A stretch of 64,000 bases of DNA from the human T2T-CHM13v2.0 reference genome, Homo sapiens: contig CP086569.2 in NCBI GenBank assembly GCA_009914755.4, positions 21,056,001 through 21,120,000 on the forward strand, in the 5' to 3' direction. This document shows positions 26,255 to 40,300 of the stretch, in pieces; positions within the stretch are counted from its first letter, which is position 1; every line of letters starts with the position of its first letter. The notes under the pieces are model-generated. The model saw nothing but the letters and a program-made list of their open reading frames with translations. It had not been told where the DNA came from and did not search any database. The position numbers were made by a program, and so were the translations under genes.

Positions 26255-29200
26255 ATGTGTCTAGATTTCCTTCCTTCTGGGAGGTTCATGGACTTGCTCA
26301 TTTCAAGAATGAAGCTGCAGACCTTAGTGGTGAGATTTACAGCACTTAAAGCTGTTATGTCCAGAGTTTGTTCCTTCAGATGTGTCCAGAGTTTCTTCCT
26401 TCTCCAGGTTCATGGTCTTGCTCACTTCACGAATGAAGCTGCAGACCTTAGTGGTGAGCGTTACAGCAGTTAAGTTTTTATGTCCAGAGTTTGTTCCTTC
26501 AGATAAGTCCAGAGTTTCTTCCTTCTGGCGGGTTCATGGTCTTGCTCACTTCAAGAATGAAGCTGCGGACCTTAGTGGTGAGCGTTACAGCACTTAAGTT
26601 TTTATGTCCAGAGTTTGTCCCTTCAGATAAGTCCAGAGATTCTTCCTTCTGGCAGGTTCATGGTCTTGCTCACTTCAAGAATGAAGCTGCAGACCTTTAC
26701 GGTGAGTGTTACAGCACTTAAAGGTGTTATGTCCAGAGTTTGTTCCTTCAGATGTGTCCAGAGTTTCTTCCTTCTGACAAGTTCATGGTCTTGCTCACTT
26801 CAAGAATGAAGCTGCAGACCTTTACGGTGAGAGTTACAACATTAATGGTGTTATGTACAGAGTTTGTTCCTTCAGATGTGTGCAGAGTTTCTTCCTTCTG
26901 GCAGGTTCATGGTATTGCTCACTTCAAGAATGAAGCTGCAGACCTTAGTGGTGAGTGTTACAGCACTTAAAGTTGTTATGTCCAGAGTTTGTTCCTTCAG
27001 ATGTGTCCAGAGTTTCTTCCCTCTGGCTGGTTCTTGGTCTTGCTCACTTCAAGAATGAAGCTGCAGACCTTTACGGTGAGTGTTACAGCATTTAATGGAG
27101 ATATGTCCAGAGTTTCTTACATCAGATGTGTCTAGAGCTCCTTCCTTCTGGGAGGTTCATGGACTTGCTCATTTCAAGAATGAAGCTGAAGACCGTAGTG
27201 GTGAGTTTTACAACATTTAAAGGTGTTAGGTCCAGAGTTTGTTCCTTCAGATGTGTCCAGAGTTTCTTCCTTCTGGCAGGTTCATGGTCTTGCTCACTTC
27301 AAGAATGAAGCTGCAGACCTTAGTGGTGAGCGTTACAGCACTTATGTTTTTATGTCCAGGATTTGTTCCTTCAGATAAGTCCAGAGTTTCTTCCTTCTTG
27401 CAGGTTCATAGTCTTGCTCACTTCAAGAATGAAGCTGCAGAACTTAGTGGTGAGTTTTACAGCACTTAAAGGTGTTATGTCCAGAGTTTGTTCCTTCAGA
27501 TGTGTCCAGAGTTTCTTCCTTCTGGCAGGTTCATGGTCTTGCTCACTTCAAGAATGACGGGGCAGACCTTTACGGTGAGTGTTACAGCATTTAAATGTGT
27601 TATGTCCATTGTTTGTTCCTTCAGATGTGTCCACTTTCTTCCTTCTGGCAGGTTCATGGTCTTGCTCACTTCAAGAATGAAACTGTAGACCTTTACGGTG
27701 AGTGTTACAGCAATGAAAGATGCTATGTCCAGAGTTTTTTCCTTCAGATGTGTCCAGAGTTTCTTCCTTCTGGCAGGTTCATGGTCTAGCTCAATTCAAG
27801 AATGAAACTGCAGACCTTTACGGTGAGTGTTACAGCATTTAAAGGTGTTATGTCCAGAGTTTGTTCCTTCAGATGTGTCCAGAGTTTCCTCCTTCTGGCA
27901 GGTTCATGGTCTTGCTCACTTCAAGAATGAAGCTGCAGTCCTTTACGGTGAGTGTTACATCATTTAAAGGTGTTATGTCCAGAGTTTTTTACATCAGATG
28001 TGTCTAATTTTCCTTCCTTCTGGGAGGTTCATGGACTTGCTCATTTCAAGAATGAAGCTGCAGACCTTAGTGGTGAGTTTTACAGCACTTAAAGCTGTTA
28101 TGTCCAGAGTTTGTTCCTTCAGATGTGTCCAGAGTTTCTTCCTTCTCCAGGTTCATGGTCTTGCTCACTTCAAGAATGAAGCTGCAGACCTTAGTGGTGA
28201 GCGTTACAGCACTTAAGTTTTTATGTCCAGAGTGTGTTCCTTCAGATAAGTCCAGAGTTTCTTCCTTCTGGCAGGCTCATGGTCTTGCTCACTTCAAGAA
28301 TGAAGCAGCGGACCTTAGTGGTGAGCGTTACAGCACTTAAGTTTTTATGTCCAGAGTTTGTTCCTTCAGATAAGTCCAGAGTTTCTTCCTTGTGGCAGGT
28401 TCATGGTCTTGCTCACTTCAAGAATGAAGCTGCAGACCTTAGTGGTGAGCGTTACAGCACTTAAGTTTTTATGTCCAGAGTTTGTTCCTTCAGATAAGTC
28501 TAGAGATTCTTCCTTCTGGCAGGTCCATGGTCTTCCTCACTTCAAGAATGAAACTGCAGACCCTTACGGTGAATGTTACAGCACTTAAAATTGTTATGTC
28601 TAGAGTTTCTTCCTTCATATGTGTCCAGTTTCTTCCTTCTGGAAGGTTCATGGTCTTGCTCACTTCAAGAATGAAACTGTAGACCTTTACGGTGAGTGTT
28701 ACAGCACTGAAAGATGTTATTTCCAGAGTTTGTTCCTTGAGATGTGTCCAGAGTTTCTTCCTTCTGGCAGGCTCATGGTCTTGCTCACTTCAAGAAAGAA
28801 GCTGCAGAACTTAGTGGTGAGTTTTGCAGCACTTAAAGGTGTTATGTCCAGAGTTTGTTCCTTCAGATGTGTCCAGAGTTTCTTCCTTCTGGCAGGTTCA
28901 TGGTCTTGCTCACTTCAAGAATGAAGCTGCAGACCTTAGTGGTGAGTGTTACAACACTTAAAGGTGTTATTTACAGAGTTTGTTCCTTCAGATGTGTCCA
29001 GAGTTTCTTCCTTCTGGCAGGTTCATGGTCTTGCTCACTTCAAGAATGAAGATGGAGACCTTTACGGTGAGTGTTACAGCACATAAAGGTGTTATGTTCA
29101 GAGATTGTTCCTTCAGATGTGTCCAGAGTTTCTTCCTTCTGGCAGGTTCATGGTCTTGCTCACTTCAAGAATGAAGCTGCAGTCCTTTACGGTGAGTGTT

Positions 29201-30112
29201 ACATCATTTAAAGGTGTTATATCCAGAGTTTTTTACATCAGATGTGTCTAGATTTCCTTCCTTCTGGGAGGTTCACGGACTTGCTCATTTCAAGAATGAA
29301 GCTGCAGACCTTAGTGGTGAGTTTTACAACACTTAAAGCTGTTATGTCCAGAGTTTGTTCCTTCAGGTGTGTCCAGAGTTTCTTCCTTCTCCAGGTTCAT
29401 GGTCTTGCTCACTTCAAGAATGAAGCTGCAGACCTTAGTGGTGAGCGTTACAGCACTTAAGTTTTTATGTCCAGAGTTTGTTCCTTCAGATAAGTCCAGA
29501 GTTTCTTCCTTCTGGCAGGTTCATGGTCTTGCTCACTTCAAGAATGAAGCTGCGGACCTTAGTGGTGAGCGTTACAGCACTTAAGTTTTTATGTCCAGAG
29601 TTTGTTCCTTCAGATAAGTCCAGACTTTCTTCCTTCTGGCAGGTTCATGGTCTTGCTCACTTCAAGAATGAAGCTGCAGACCTTTACGGTGAGTGTTATA
29701 GCACTTAAAGGTGTTATGTCCAGAGTTTGTTCCTTCAGAAGTGTCCAGAGTTTCTTCCTTCTGACAAGTTCATGGTCTTGCTCACTTCAAGAATGAAGCT
29801 GCAGACCTTTACGGTGAGTGTTACAGCATTAATGGTGTTATGTACAGAGTTTGTTCCTTCAGATGTGTGCAGAGTTTCTTCCTTCTGGCAGGTTCATGGT
29901 ATTGCTCACTTCAAGAATGAAGCTGCAGACCTTAGTGGTGAGTGTTACAGCACTTAAAGTTGTTATGTCCAGGGTTTGTTCCTTCAGATGTGTACAGAGT
30001 TTCTTCCCTCTGGCTGGTTCTTGGTCTTGCTCACTTCAAGAATGAAGCTGCAGACCTTTACGGTGAGTGTTACAGCATTTAATGGAGTTATGTCCAGAGT
30101 TTCTTACATCAG
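26255..30112. repeat. HOR block with 2987 bp (24-monomer) periodicity; the 871 bp sub-block from the MCLD-type to the MCLELL-type monomer recurs
   Basis: Marker monomers recur at 26255 and 29242 ('gtctagatttccttccttctgggagg', MCLD type). The 'gtctagagctcc' MCLELL type recurs at 27126 and 30113. The 25371-26187 series matches 28358-29174 at +2987. Confidence 0.8.
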
Positions 30113-31109
30113 ATGTGTCTAGAACTCCTTCCTTCTGGGAGGTTCATGGACTTGCTCATTTCAAGAATGAAGCTGAAGACCTTAGTGGTGAGTTTTACAG
30201 CACTTAAAGGTGTTAGGTCCAGAGTTTGTTCCTTCAGATGTGTCCAGAGTTTCTTCCTTCTGGCAGGTTCATCGTGTTGCTCACTTCAAGAATGAAGCTG
30301 CAGACCTTAGTGGTGAGCGTTACAGCACTTAAGTTTTTATGTCCAGGGTTTGTTCCTTCAGATAAGTCCAGAGTTTCTTCCTTCTTGCAGGTTCATGGTC
30401 TTGCTCACTTCAAGAATGAAGCTGCAGAACTTAGTGGTGAGTTTTACAGCACATAAAGGTGTTATGTCCAGAGTTTGTTCCTTCAGATGTGTCCAGAGTT
30501 TCTTCCTTCTGGCAGGTTCATGGTCTTGCTCACTTCAAGAATGACGCGGCAGACCTTTACGGTGAGTGTTACAGCATTTAATAGTGTTATGTCCAGAGGT
30601 TGTTCCTTCAGATGTGTCCACTTTCTTCCTTCTGGCAGGTTCATGGTCTTGCTCACTTCAAGAATGAAACTGTAGACCTTTACGGTGAGTGTTACAGCAA
30701 TGAATGATGCTATGTCCAGAGTTTGTTCCTTCAGATGTGTCCAGAGTTTCTTCCTTCTGGCAGGTTCATGGTCTTGCTCACTTCAAGAATGAAGCTGCAG
30801 TCCTTTACGGTGAGTGTTACAGCATTTAAAGGTGTTATGTCCAGAGTTTGTTCCTTCAGATGTGTCCAGAGTTTCCTCCTTCTGGCAGGTTCATGGTCTT
30901 GCTCACTTCAAGAATGAAGCTGCAGACCTTAGTGGTGAGTGTTACAGCACTTAAATTTGTTATGTCCAGAGTTTGTTCCTTCAGATGTGTCCAGAGTTTC
31001 TTCCCTCTGGCTGGTTGTTGGTCTTCCTCACTTCAAGAATGAAGCTGCATACCTTTACGGTGAGTGTTACAGCATTTAATGGAGTTATGTCCAGAGTTTC
31101 TTACATCAG

Positions 31110-34100
31110 ATGTGTCTAGAGCTCCTTCCTTCTGGGAGGTTCATGGACTTGCTCATTTCAAGAATGAAGCTGAAGTCCTTAGTGGTGAGTATTACAACAC
31201 TTAAAGGTGTTAGGTCCAGAGTTTGTTCCTTCAGATGTGTCCAGAGTTTCTTCCTTCTGGCAGGTTCATGGTCTTGCTCACTTCAAGAATGAAGCTGCAG
31301 ACCTTAGTGCTGAGCGTTACAGCACTTAAGTTTTTATGTCCAGAGTTTGTTCCTTCAGATAAGTCCAGAGATTCTTCCTTCTGGCAGGTCCATGGTCTTG
31401 CTCACTTCAAGAATGAAACTGCAGACCCTTACGGTGAGTGTTACAGCACTTAAAATTGTTATGTCTAGAGTTTGTTCTTTCATATGTGTCCAGTTTCTTC
31501 CTTCTGGAAGGTTCATGGTCTTGCTCACTTCAAGAATGAAACTGTAGACCTTTACGGTGAGTGTTACAGCACTGAAAGATGTTATTTCCAGAGTTTGTTC
31601 CTTCAGATGTGTCCAGAGTTTCTTCCTTCTGTCAGGTTCATGGTCTTGCTCACTTCAAGAATGAAGCTGCAGAACTTAGTGGTGAGTTTTACAGCACTTA
31701 AAGGTGTTATATCCAGAGTTTGTTCCTTCAGATGTGTCCAGAGTTTCTTCCTTCTGGCAGGTTCATGGTCTTGCTCACTTCAAGAATGAAGCTGCAGACC
31801 TTAGTGGTGAGTGTTACAACAATTAAAGATGTTATTTACAGAGTTTGTTCCTTCAGATGTGTCCAGAGTTTCTTCCTTCTGGCAGGTTCATGGTCTTGCT
31901 CACTTCAAGAATGAAGATGCAGACCTTTACGGTGAGTGTTACAGCACATAAAGGTGTTATGTCCAGAGTTTGTTCCTTCAGATGTGTCCAGAGTTTCTTC
32001 CTTCTGGCAGGTTCATGGTCTTGCTCACTTCAAGAATGAAGCTGCAGTCCTTTACGGTGAGTGTTACATCATTTAAAGGTGTTATGTCCAGAGTTATTTA
32101 CATCAGATGTGTCTAATTTTCCTTCCTTCTGGGAGGTTCATGGACTTGCTCATTTCAAGAATGAAGCTGCAGACCTTAGTGGTGAGTTTTACAGCACTTA
32201 AAGCTGTTATGTCCAGAGTTTGTTCCTTCAGATGTGTCCAGAGTTTCTTCCTTCTCCAGGTTCATGGTCTTGCTCACTTCAAGAATGAAGCTGCAGACCT
32301 TAGTGGTGAGCGTTACAGCATTTAAGTTTTTATGTCCAGAGTTTGTTCCTTCAGATAAGTCCAGAGTTTCTTCCTTCTGGCAGGTTCATGGTCTTGCTCA
32401 CTTCAAGAATGAAGCTGCGGACCTTAGTGGTGAGCGTTACAGCACTTAAGTTTTTATGTCCAGAGTTTGTTCCTTCAGATAAGTCCAGAGATTCTTCCTT
32501 CCGGCAGGTCCATGGTCTTGCTCACTTCAAGAATGAAACTGCAGACCCTTACGGTGAATGTTACAGCACTTAAAATTGTTATGTCTAGAGTTTCTTCCTT
32601 CATATGTGTCCAGTTTCTTCCTTCTGGAAGGTTCATGGTCTTGCTCACTTCAAGAATGAACCTGTAGACCTTTACGGTGAGTGTTACAGCACTGAAAGAT
32701 GTTATTTCCAGAGTTTGTTCCTTCAGATGTGTCCAGAGTTTCTTCCTTCTGGCAGGCTCATGGTCTTGCTCACTTCAAGAAAGAAGCTGCAGAACTTAGT
32801 GGTGAGTTTTGCAGCACTTAAAGGTGTTATGTCCAGAGTTTGTTCCTTCAGATGTGTCCAGAGTTTCTTCCTTCTGGCAGGTTCATGGTCTTGCTCACTT
32901 CAAGAATGAAGCTGTAGACCTTAGTGGTGTGTGTTACAACACTTAAAGATGTTATTTACAGAGTTTGTTCCTTCAGATGTGTCCAGAGTTTCTTCCTTCT
33001 GGCAGGTTCATGGTCTTGCTCACTTCAAGAATGAAGATGCAGACCTTTACGGTGAGTGTTACAGCACATAAAGGTGTTATGTCCAGAGATTGTTCCTTCA
33101 GATGTGTCCAGAGTTTCTTCCTTCTGGCAGGTTCATGGTCTTGCTCACTTCAAGAATGAAGCTGCAGTCCTTTACGGTGAGTGTTACATCATTTAAAGGT
33201 GTTATATCCAGAGTTTTTTACATCAGACGTGTCTAGATTTCCTTCCTTCTGGGAGGTTCACGGACTTGCTCATTTCAAGAATGAAGCTGCAGACCTTAGT
33301 GGTGAGTTTTACAGCACTTAAAGCTGTTATGTCCAGAGTTTGTTCCTTCAGATGTGTCCAGAGTTTCTTCCTTCTCCAGGTTCATGGTCTTGCTCACTTC
33401 AAGAATGAAGCTGCAGACCTTAGTGGTGAGCGTTACAGCAGTTAAGTTTTTATGTCTAGAGTTTGTTCCTTCAGATAAGTCCAGAGTTTCGTCCTTCTGG
33501 CAGGTTCATGGTCTTGCTCACTTGAAGAATGAAGCTGCGGACCCTAGTGGTGAGCGTTACAGCACTTAAGTTTTTATGTCCAGAGTTTGTTCCTTCAGAT
33601 AAGTCCAGAGTTTCTTCCTTCTGGCAGGTTCATGGTCTTGCTCACTTCAAGAATGAAGCTGCAGACCTTAGTGGTGAGCGTTACAGCAGTTATGTTTTTA
33701 TGTCCAGAGTTTGTTCCTTCAGATAAGTCCAGACTTTCTTCCTTCTGGCAGGTTCATGGTCTTGCTCACTTCAAGAATGAAGCTGCAGACCTTTACGGTG
33801 AGTGTTACAGCACTTAAAGTGTTATGTCCAGAGTTTGTTCCTTCAGAAGTGTCCAGAGTTTCTTCCTTCTGACAAGTTCATGGTCTTGCTCACTTCAAGA
33901 ATGAAGCTGCAGACCTTTACGGTGAGTGTTACAGCATTAATGGTGTTATGTACAGAGTTTGTTCCTTCAGATGTGTGCAGAGTTTCTTCCTTCTGGCAGG
34001 TTCATGGTATTGCTCACTTCAAGAATGAAGCTGCAGACCTTAGTGGTGAGTGTTACAGCACTTAAAGTTGTTATGTCCAGGGTTTGTTCCTTCAGATGTG

Positions 34101-34220
34101 TACAGAGTTTCTTCCCTCTGGCTGGTTCTTGGTCTTGCTCACTTCAAGAATGAAGCTGCAGACCTTTACGGTGAGTGTTACAGCATTTAATGGAGTTATG
34201 TCCAGAGTTTCTTACATCAG
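31110..34220. repeat. 3111 bp HOR (25 monomers), copy 1
   Basis: All 17 ORF translations in this block recur at +3111 in 34221-37331. Fifteen are identical and two carry a single substitution each. Direct nucleotide comparison of several stretches is identical. Confidence 0.92.
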
Positions 34221-37200
34221 ATGTGTCTAGAGCTCCTTCCTTCTGGGAGGTTCATGGACTTGCTCATTTCAAGAATGAAGCTGAAGTCCTTAGTGGTGAG
34301 TATTACAACACTTAAAGGTGTTAGGTCCAGAGTTTGTTCCTTCAGATGTGTCCAGAGTTTCTTCCTTCTGGCAGGTTCATGGTCTTGCTCACTTCAAGAA
34401 TGAAGCTGCAGACCTTAGTGCTGAGCGTTACAGCACTTAAGTTTTTATGTCCAGAGTTTGTTCCTTCAGATAAGTCCAGAGATTCTTCCTTCTGGCAGGT
34501 CCATGGTCTTGCTCACTTCAAGAATGAAACTGCAGACCCTTACGGTGAGTGTTACAGCACTTAAAATTGTTATGTCTAGAGTTTGTTCTTTCATATGTGT
34601 CCAGTTTCTTCCTTCTGGAAGGTTCATGGTCTTGCTCACTTCAAGAATGAAACTGTAGACCTTTACGGTGAGTGTTACAGCACTGAAAGATGTTATTTCC
34701 AGAGTTTGTTCCTTCAGATGTGTCCAGAGTTTCTTCCTTCTGTCAGGTTCATGGTCTTGCTCACTTCAAGAATGAAGCTGCAGAACTTAGTGGTGAGTTT
34801 TACAGCACTTAAAGGTGTTATATCCAGAGTTTGTTCCTTCAGATGTGTCCAGAGTTTCTTCCTTCTGGCAGGTTCATGGTCTTGCTCACTTCAAGAATGA
34901 AGCTGCAGACCTTAGTGGTGAGTGTTACAACAATTAAAGATGTTATTTACAGAGTTTGTTCCTTCAGATGTGTCCAGAGTTTCTTCCTTCTGGCAGGTTC
35001 ATGGTCTTGCTCACTTCAAGAATGAAGATGCAGACCTTTACGGTGAGTGTTACAGCACATAAAGGTGTTATGTCCAGAGTTTGTTCCTTCAGATGTGTCC
35101 AGAGTTTCTTCCTTCTGGCAGGTTCATGGTCTTGCTCACTTCAAGAATGAAGCTGCAGTCCTTTACGGTGAGTGTTACATCATTTAAAGGTGTTATGTCC
35201 AGAGTTATTTACATCAGATGTGTCTAATTTTCCTTCCTTCTGGGAGGTTCATGGACTTGCTCATTTCAAGAATGAAGCTGCAGACCTTAGTGGTGAGTTT
35301 TACAGCACTTAAAGCTGTTATGTCCAGAGTTTGTTCCTTCAGATGTGTCCAGAGTTTCTTCCTTCTCCAGGTTCATGGTCTTGCTCACTTCAAGAATGAA
35401 GCTGCAGACCTTAGTGGTGAGCGTTACAGCATTTAAGTTTTTATGTCCAGAGTTTGTTCCTTCAGATAAGTCCAGAGTTTCTTCCTTCTGGCAGGTTCAT
35501 GGTCTTGCTCACTTCAAGAATGAAGCTGCGGACCTTAGTGGTGAGCGTTACAGCACTTAAGTTTTTATGTCCAGAATTTGTTCCTTCAGATAAGTCCAGA
35601 GATTCTTCCTTCCGGCAGGTCCATGGTCTTGCTCACTTCAAGAATGAAACTGCAGACCCTTACGGTGAATGTTACAGCACTTAAAATTGTTATGTCTAGA
35701 GTTTCTTCCTTCATATGTGTCCAGTTTCTTCCTTCTGGAAGGTTCATGGTCTTGCTCACTTCAAGAATGAACCTGTAGACCTTTACGGTGAGTGTTACAG
35801 CACTGAAAGATGTTATTTCCAGAGTTTGTTCCTTCAGATGTGTCCAGAGTTTCTTCCTTCTGGCAGGCTCATGGTCTTGCTCACTTCAAGAAAGAAGCTG
35901 CAGAACTTAGTGGTGAGTTTTGCAGCACTTAAAGGTGTTATGTCCAGAGTTTGTTCCTTCAGATGTGTCCAGAGTTTCTTCCTTCTGGCAGGTTCATGGT
36001 CTTGCTCACTTCAAGAATGAAGCTGTAGACCTTAGTGGTGTGTGTTACAACACTTAAAGATGTTATTTACAGAGTTTGTTCCTTCAGATGTGTCCAGAGT
36101 TTCTTCCTTCTGGCAGGTTCATGGTCTTGCTCACTTCAAGAATGAAGATGCAGACCTTTACGGTGAGTGTTACAGCACATAAAGGTGTTATGTCCAGAGA
36201 TTGTTCCTTCAGATGTGTCCAGAGTTTCTTCCTTCTGGCAGGTTCATGGTCTTGCTCACTTCAAGAATGAAGCTGCAGTCCTTTACGGTGAGTGTTACAT
36301 CATTTAAAGGTGTTATATCCAGAGTTTTTTACATCAGACGTGTCTAGATTTCCTTCCTTCTGGGAGGTTCACGGACTTGCTCATTTCAAGAATGAAGCTG
36401 CAGACCTTAGTGGTGAGTTTTACAGCACTTAAAGCTGTTATGTCCAGAGTTTGTTCCTTCAGATGTGTCCAGAGTTTCTTCCTTCTCCAGGTTCATGGTC
36501 TTGCTCACTTCAAGAATGAAGCTGCAGACCTTAGTGGTGAGCGTTACAGCAGTTAAGTTTTTATGTCTAGAGTTTGTTCCTTCAGATAAGTCCAGAGTTT
36601 CGTCCTTCTGGCAGGTTCATGGTCTTGCTCACTTGAAGAATGAAGCTGCGGACCCTAGTGGTGAGCGTTACAGCACTTAAGTTTTTATGTCCAGAGTTTG
36701 TTCCTTCAGATAAGTCCAGAGTTTCTTCCTTCTGGCAGGTTCATGGTCTTGCTCACTTCAAGAATGAAGCTGCAGACCTTAGTGGTGAGCGTTACAGCAG
36801 TTATGTTTTTATGTCCAGAGTTTGTTCCTTCAGATAAGTCCAGACTTTCTTCCTTCTGGCAGGTTCATGGTCTTGCTCACTTCAAGAATGAAGCTGCAGA
36901 CCTTTACGGTGAGTGTTACAGCACTTAAAGTGTTATGTCCAGAGTTTGTTCCTTCAGAAGTGTCCAGAGTTTCTTCCTTCTGACAAGTTCATGGTCTTGC
37001 TCACTTCAAGAATGAAGCTGCAGACCTTTACGGTGAGTGTTACAGCATTAATGGTGTTATGTACAGAGTTTGTTCCTTCAGATGTGTGCAGAGTTTCTTC
37101 CTTCTGGCAGGTTCATGGTATTGCTCACTTCAAGAATGAAGCTGCAGACCTTAGTGGTGAGTGTTACAGCACTTGAAGTTGTTATGTCCAGGGTTTGTTC

Positions 37201-37331
37201 CTTCAGATGTGTACAGAGTTTCTTCCCTCTGGCTGGTTCTTGGTCTTGCTCACTTCAAGAATGAAGCTGCAGACCTTTACGGTGAGTGTTACAGCATTTA
37301 ATGGAGTTATGTCCAGAGTTTCTTACATCAG
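34221..37331. repeat. 3111 bp HOR (25 monomers), copy 2, at least 99.9% identical to copy 1
   Basis: Same as copy 1. Spot checks found only 2 mismatches: 35571 a versus 32460 g, and 37171 g versus 34060 a. Confidence 0.92.
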
Positions 37332-40300
37332 ATGTGTCTAGAGCTCCTTCCTTCTGGGAGGTTCATGGACTTGCTCATTTCAAGAATGAAGCTGAAGACC
37401 TTAGTGGTGAGTTTTACAGCACTTAAAGGTGTTAGGTCCAGAGTTTGTTCCTTCAGATGTGTCCAGAGTTTCTTCCTTCTGGCAGGTTCATGGTGTTGCT
37501 CACTTCAAGAATGAAGCTGCAGACCTTAGTGGTGAGCGTTACAGCACTGAAGTTTTTATGTCCAGGGTTTGTTCCTTCAGATAAGTCCAGAGTTTCTTCC
37601 TTCTTGCAGGTTCATGGTCTTGCTCACTTCAAGAATGAAGCTGCAGAACTTAGTGGTGAGTTTTACAGCACATAAAGGTGTTATGTCCAGAGTTTGTTCC
37701 TTCAGATGTGTCCAGATTTTCTTCCTTCTGGCAGGTTCATGGTCTTGCTCACTTCAAGAATGACGCGGCAGACCTTTACGGTGAGTGTTACAGCATTTAA
37801 AAGTGTTATGTCCAGAGTTTGTTCCTTCAGATGTGTCCACTTTCTTCCTTCTGGCAGGTTCATGGTCTTGCTCACTTCAAGAATGAAACTGTAGACCTTT
37901 ACGGTGAGTGTTACAGCAATGAATGATGCTATGTCCAGAGTTCGTTCCTTCAGATGTGTCCAGAGTTTCTTCCTTCTGGCAGGTTCATGGTCTTGCTCAC
38001 TTCAAGAATGAAGCTGCAGTCCTTTACGGTGAGTGTTACAGCATTTAAAGGTGTTATGTCCAGAGTTTGTTCCTTCAGATGTGTCCAGAGTTTCCTCCTT
38101 CTGGCAGGTTCATGGTCTTGCTCACTTCAAGAATGAAGCTGCAGACCTTAGTGGTGAGTGTTACAGCACTTAAATTTGTTATGTCCAGAGTTTGTTCCTT
38201 CAGATGTGTCCAGAGTTTCTTCCCTCTGGCTGGTTCTTGGTCTTGCTCACTTCAAGAATGAAGCTGCATACCTTTACGGTGAGTGTTACAGCATTTAATG
38301 GAGTTATGTCCAGAGTTTGTTACATCAGATGTGTCTAGAGCTCCTTCCTTCTGGGAGGTTCATGGACTTGCTCATTTCAAGAATGAAGCTGAAGTCCTTA
38401 GTGGTGAGTTTTACAACACTTAAAGGTGTTAGGTCCAGAGTTTGTTCCTTCAGATGTGTCCAGAGTTTCTTCCTTCTGGCAGGTTCATGGTCTTGCTCAC
38501 TTCAAGAATGAAGCTGCAGACCTTAGTGCTGAGCGTTACAGCACTTAAGTTTTTATGTCCAGAGTTTGTTCCTTCAGATAAGTCCTGAGATTCTTCCTTC
38601 TGGCAGGTCCATGGTCTTGCTCACTTCAAGAATGAAACTGCAGACCCTTACGGTGAGTGTTACAGCACTTAAAATTGTTATGTCTAGAGTTTGTTCTTTC
38701 ATATGTGTCCAGTTTCTTCCTTCTGGAAGGTTCATGGTCTTGCTCACTTCAAGAATGAAACTGTAGACCTTTACGGTGAGTGTTACAGCACTGAAAGATG
38801 TTATTTCCAGAGTTTGTTCCTTCAGATGTGTCCAGAGTTTCTTCCTTCTGTCAGGTTCATGGTCTTGCTCACTTCAAGAAAGAAGCTGCAGAACTTAGTG
38901 GTGAGTTTTACAGCACTTAAAGGTGTTATATCCAGAGTTTGTTCCTTCAGATGTGTCCAGAGTTTCTTCCTTCTGGCAGGTTCATGGTCTTGCTCACTTC
39001 AAGAATGAAGCTGCAGACCTTAGTGGTGAGTGTTACAACACTTAAAGATGTTATTTACAGAGTTTGTTCCTTCAGATGTGTCCAGAGTTTCTTCCTTCTG
39101 GCAGGTTCATGGTCTTGCTCACTTCAAGAATGAAGATGCAGACCTTTACGGTGAGTGTTACAGCACATAAAGGTGTTATGTCCAGAGTTTGTTCCTTCAG
39201 ATGTGTCCAGAGTTTCTTCCTTCTGGCAGGTTCATGGTCTTGCTCACTTCAAGAATGAAGCTGCAGTCCTTTACGGTGAGTGTTACATCATTTAAAGGTG
39301 TTATGTCCAGAGTTTTTTACATCAGATGTGTCTAATTTTCCTTCCTTCTGGGAGGTTCATGGACTTGCTCATTTCAAGAATGAAGTTGCAGACCTTAGTG
39401 GTGAGTTTTACAGCACTTAAAGCTGTTATGTCCAGAGTTTGTTCCTTCAGATGTGTCCAGAGTTTCTTCCTTCTCCAGGTTCATGGTCTTGCTCACTTCA
39501 AGAATGAAGCTGCAGACCTTGGTGGTGAGCGTTACAGCACTTAAGTTTTTATGTCCAGAGTTTGTTCCTTCAGATAAGTCCAGAGTTTCTTCCTTCTGGC
39601 AGGTTCATGGTCTTGCTCACTTCAAGAATGAAGCTGCGGACCTTAGTGGTGAGCGTTACAGCACTTAAGTTTTTATGTCCAGAGTTTGTTCCTTCAGATA
39701 AGTCCAGAGTTTCTTCCTTGTGGCAGGTTCATGGTCTTGCTCACTTCAAGAATGAAGCTGCAGACCTTAGTGGTGAGCGTTACAGCACTTAAGTTTTTAT
39801 GTCCAGAGTTTGTTCCTTCAGATAAGTCCAGAGATTCTTCCTTCTGGCAGGTCCATGGTCTTGCTCACTTCAAGAATGAAACTGCAGACCCTTACGGTGA
39901 ATGTTACAGCACTTAAAATTGTTATGTCTAGAGTTTCTTCCTTCATATGTGTCCAGTTTCTTCCTTCTGGAAGGTTCATGGTCTTGCTCACTTCAAGAAT
40001 GAACCTGTAGACCTTTACGGTGAGTGTTACAGCACTGAAAGATGTTATTTCCAGAGTTTGTTCCTTCAGATGTGTCCAGAGTTTCTTCCTTCTGGCAGGC
40101 TCATGGTCTTGCTCACTTCAAGAAAGAAGCTGCAGAACTTAATGGTGAGTTTTGCAGCACTTAAAGGTGTTATGTCCAGAGTTTGTTCCTTCAGATGTGT
40201 CCAGAGTTTCTTCCTTCTGGCAGGTTCATGGTCTTGCTCACTTCAAGAATGAAGCTGCAGACCTTAGTGGTGTGTGTTACAACACTTAAAGATGTTATTT

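Noticed and set aside
31110-37331. Considered calling the near-identical 3111 bp pair a segmental duplication containing genes
   Set aside because: The content is entirely satellite monomers. It is better described as a HOR copy-number event, and is reported as such.
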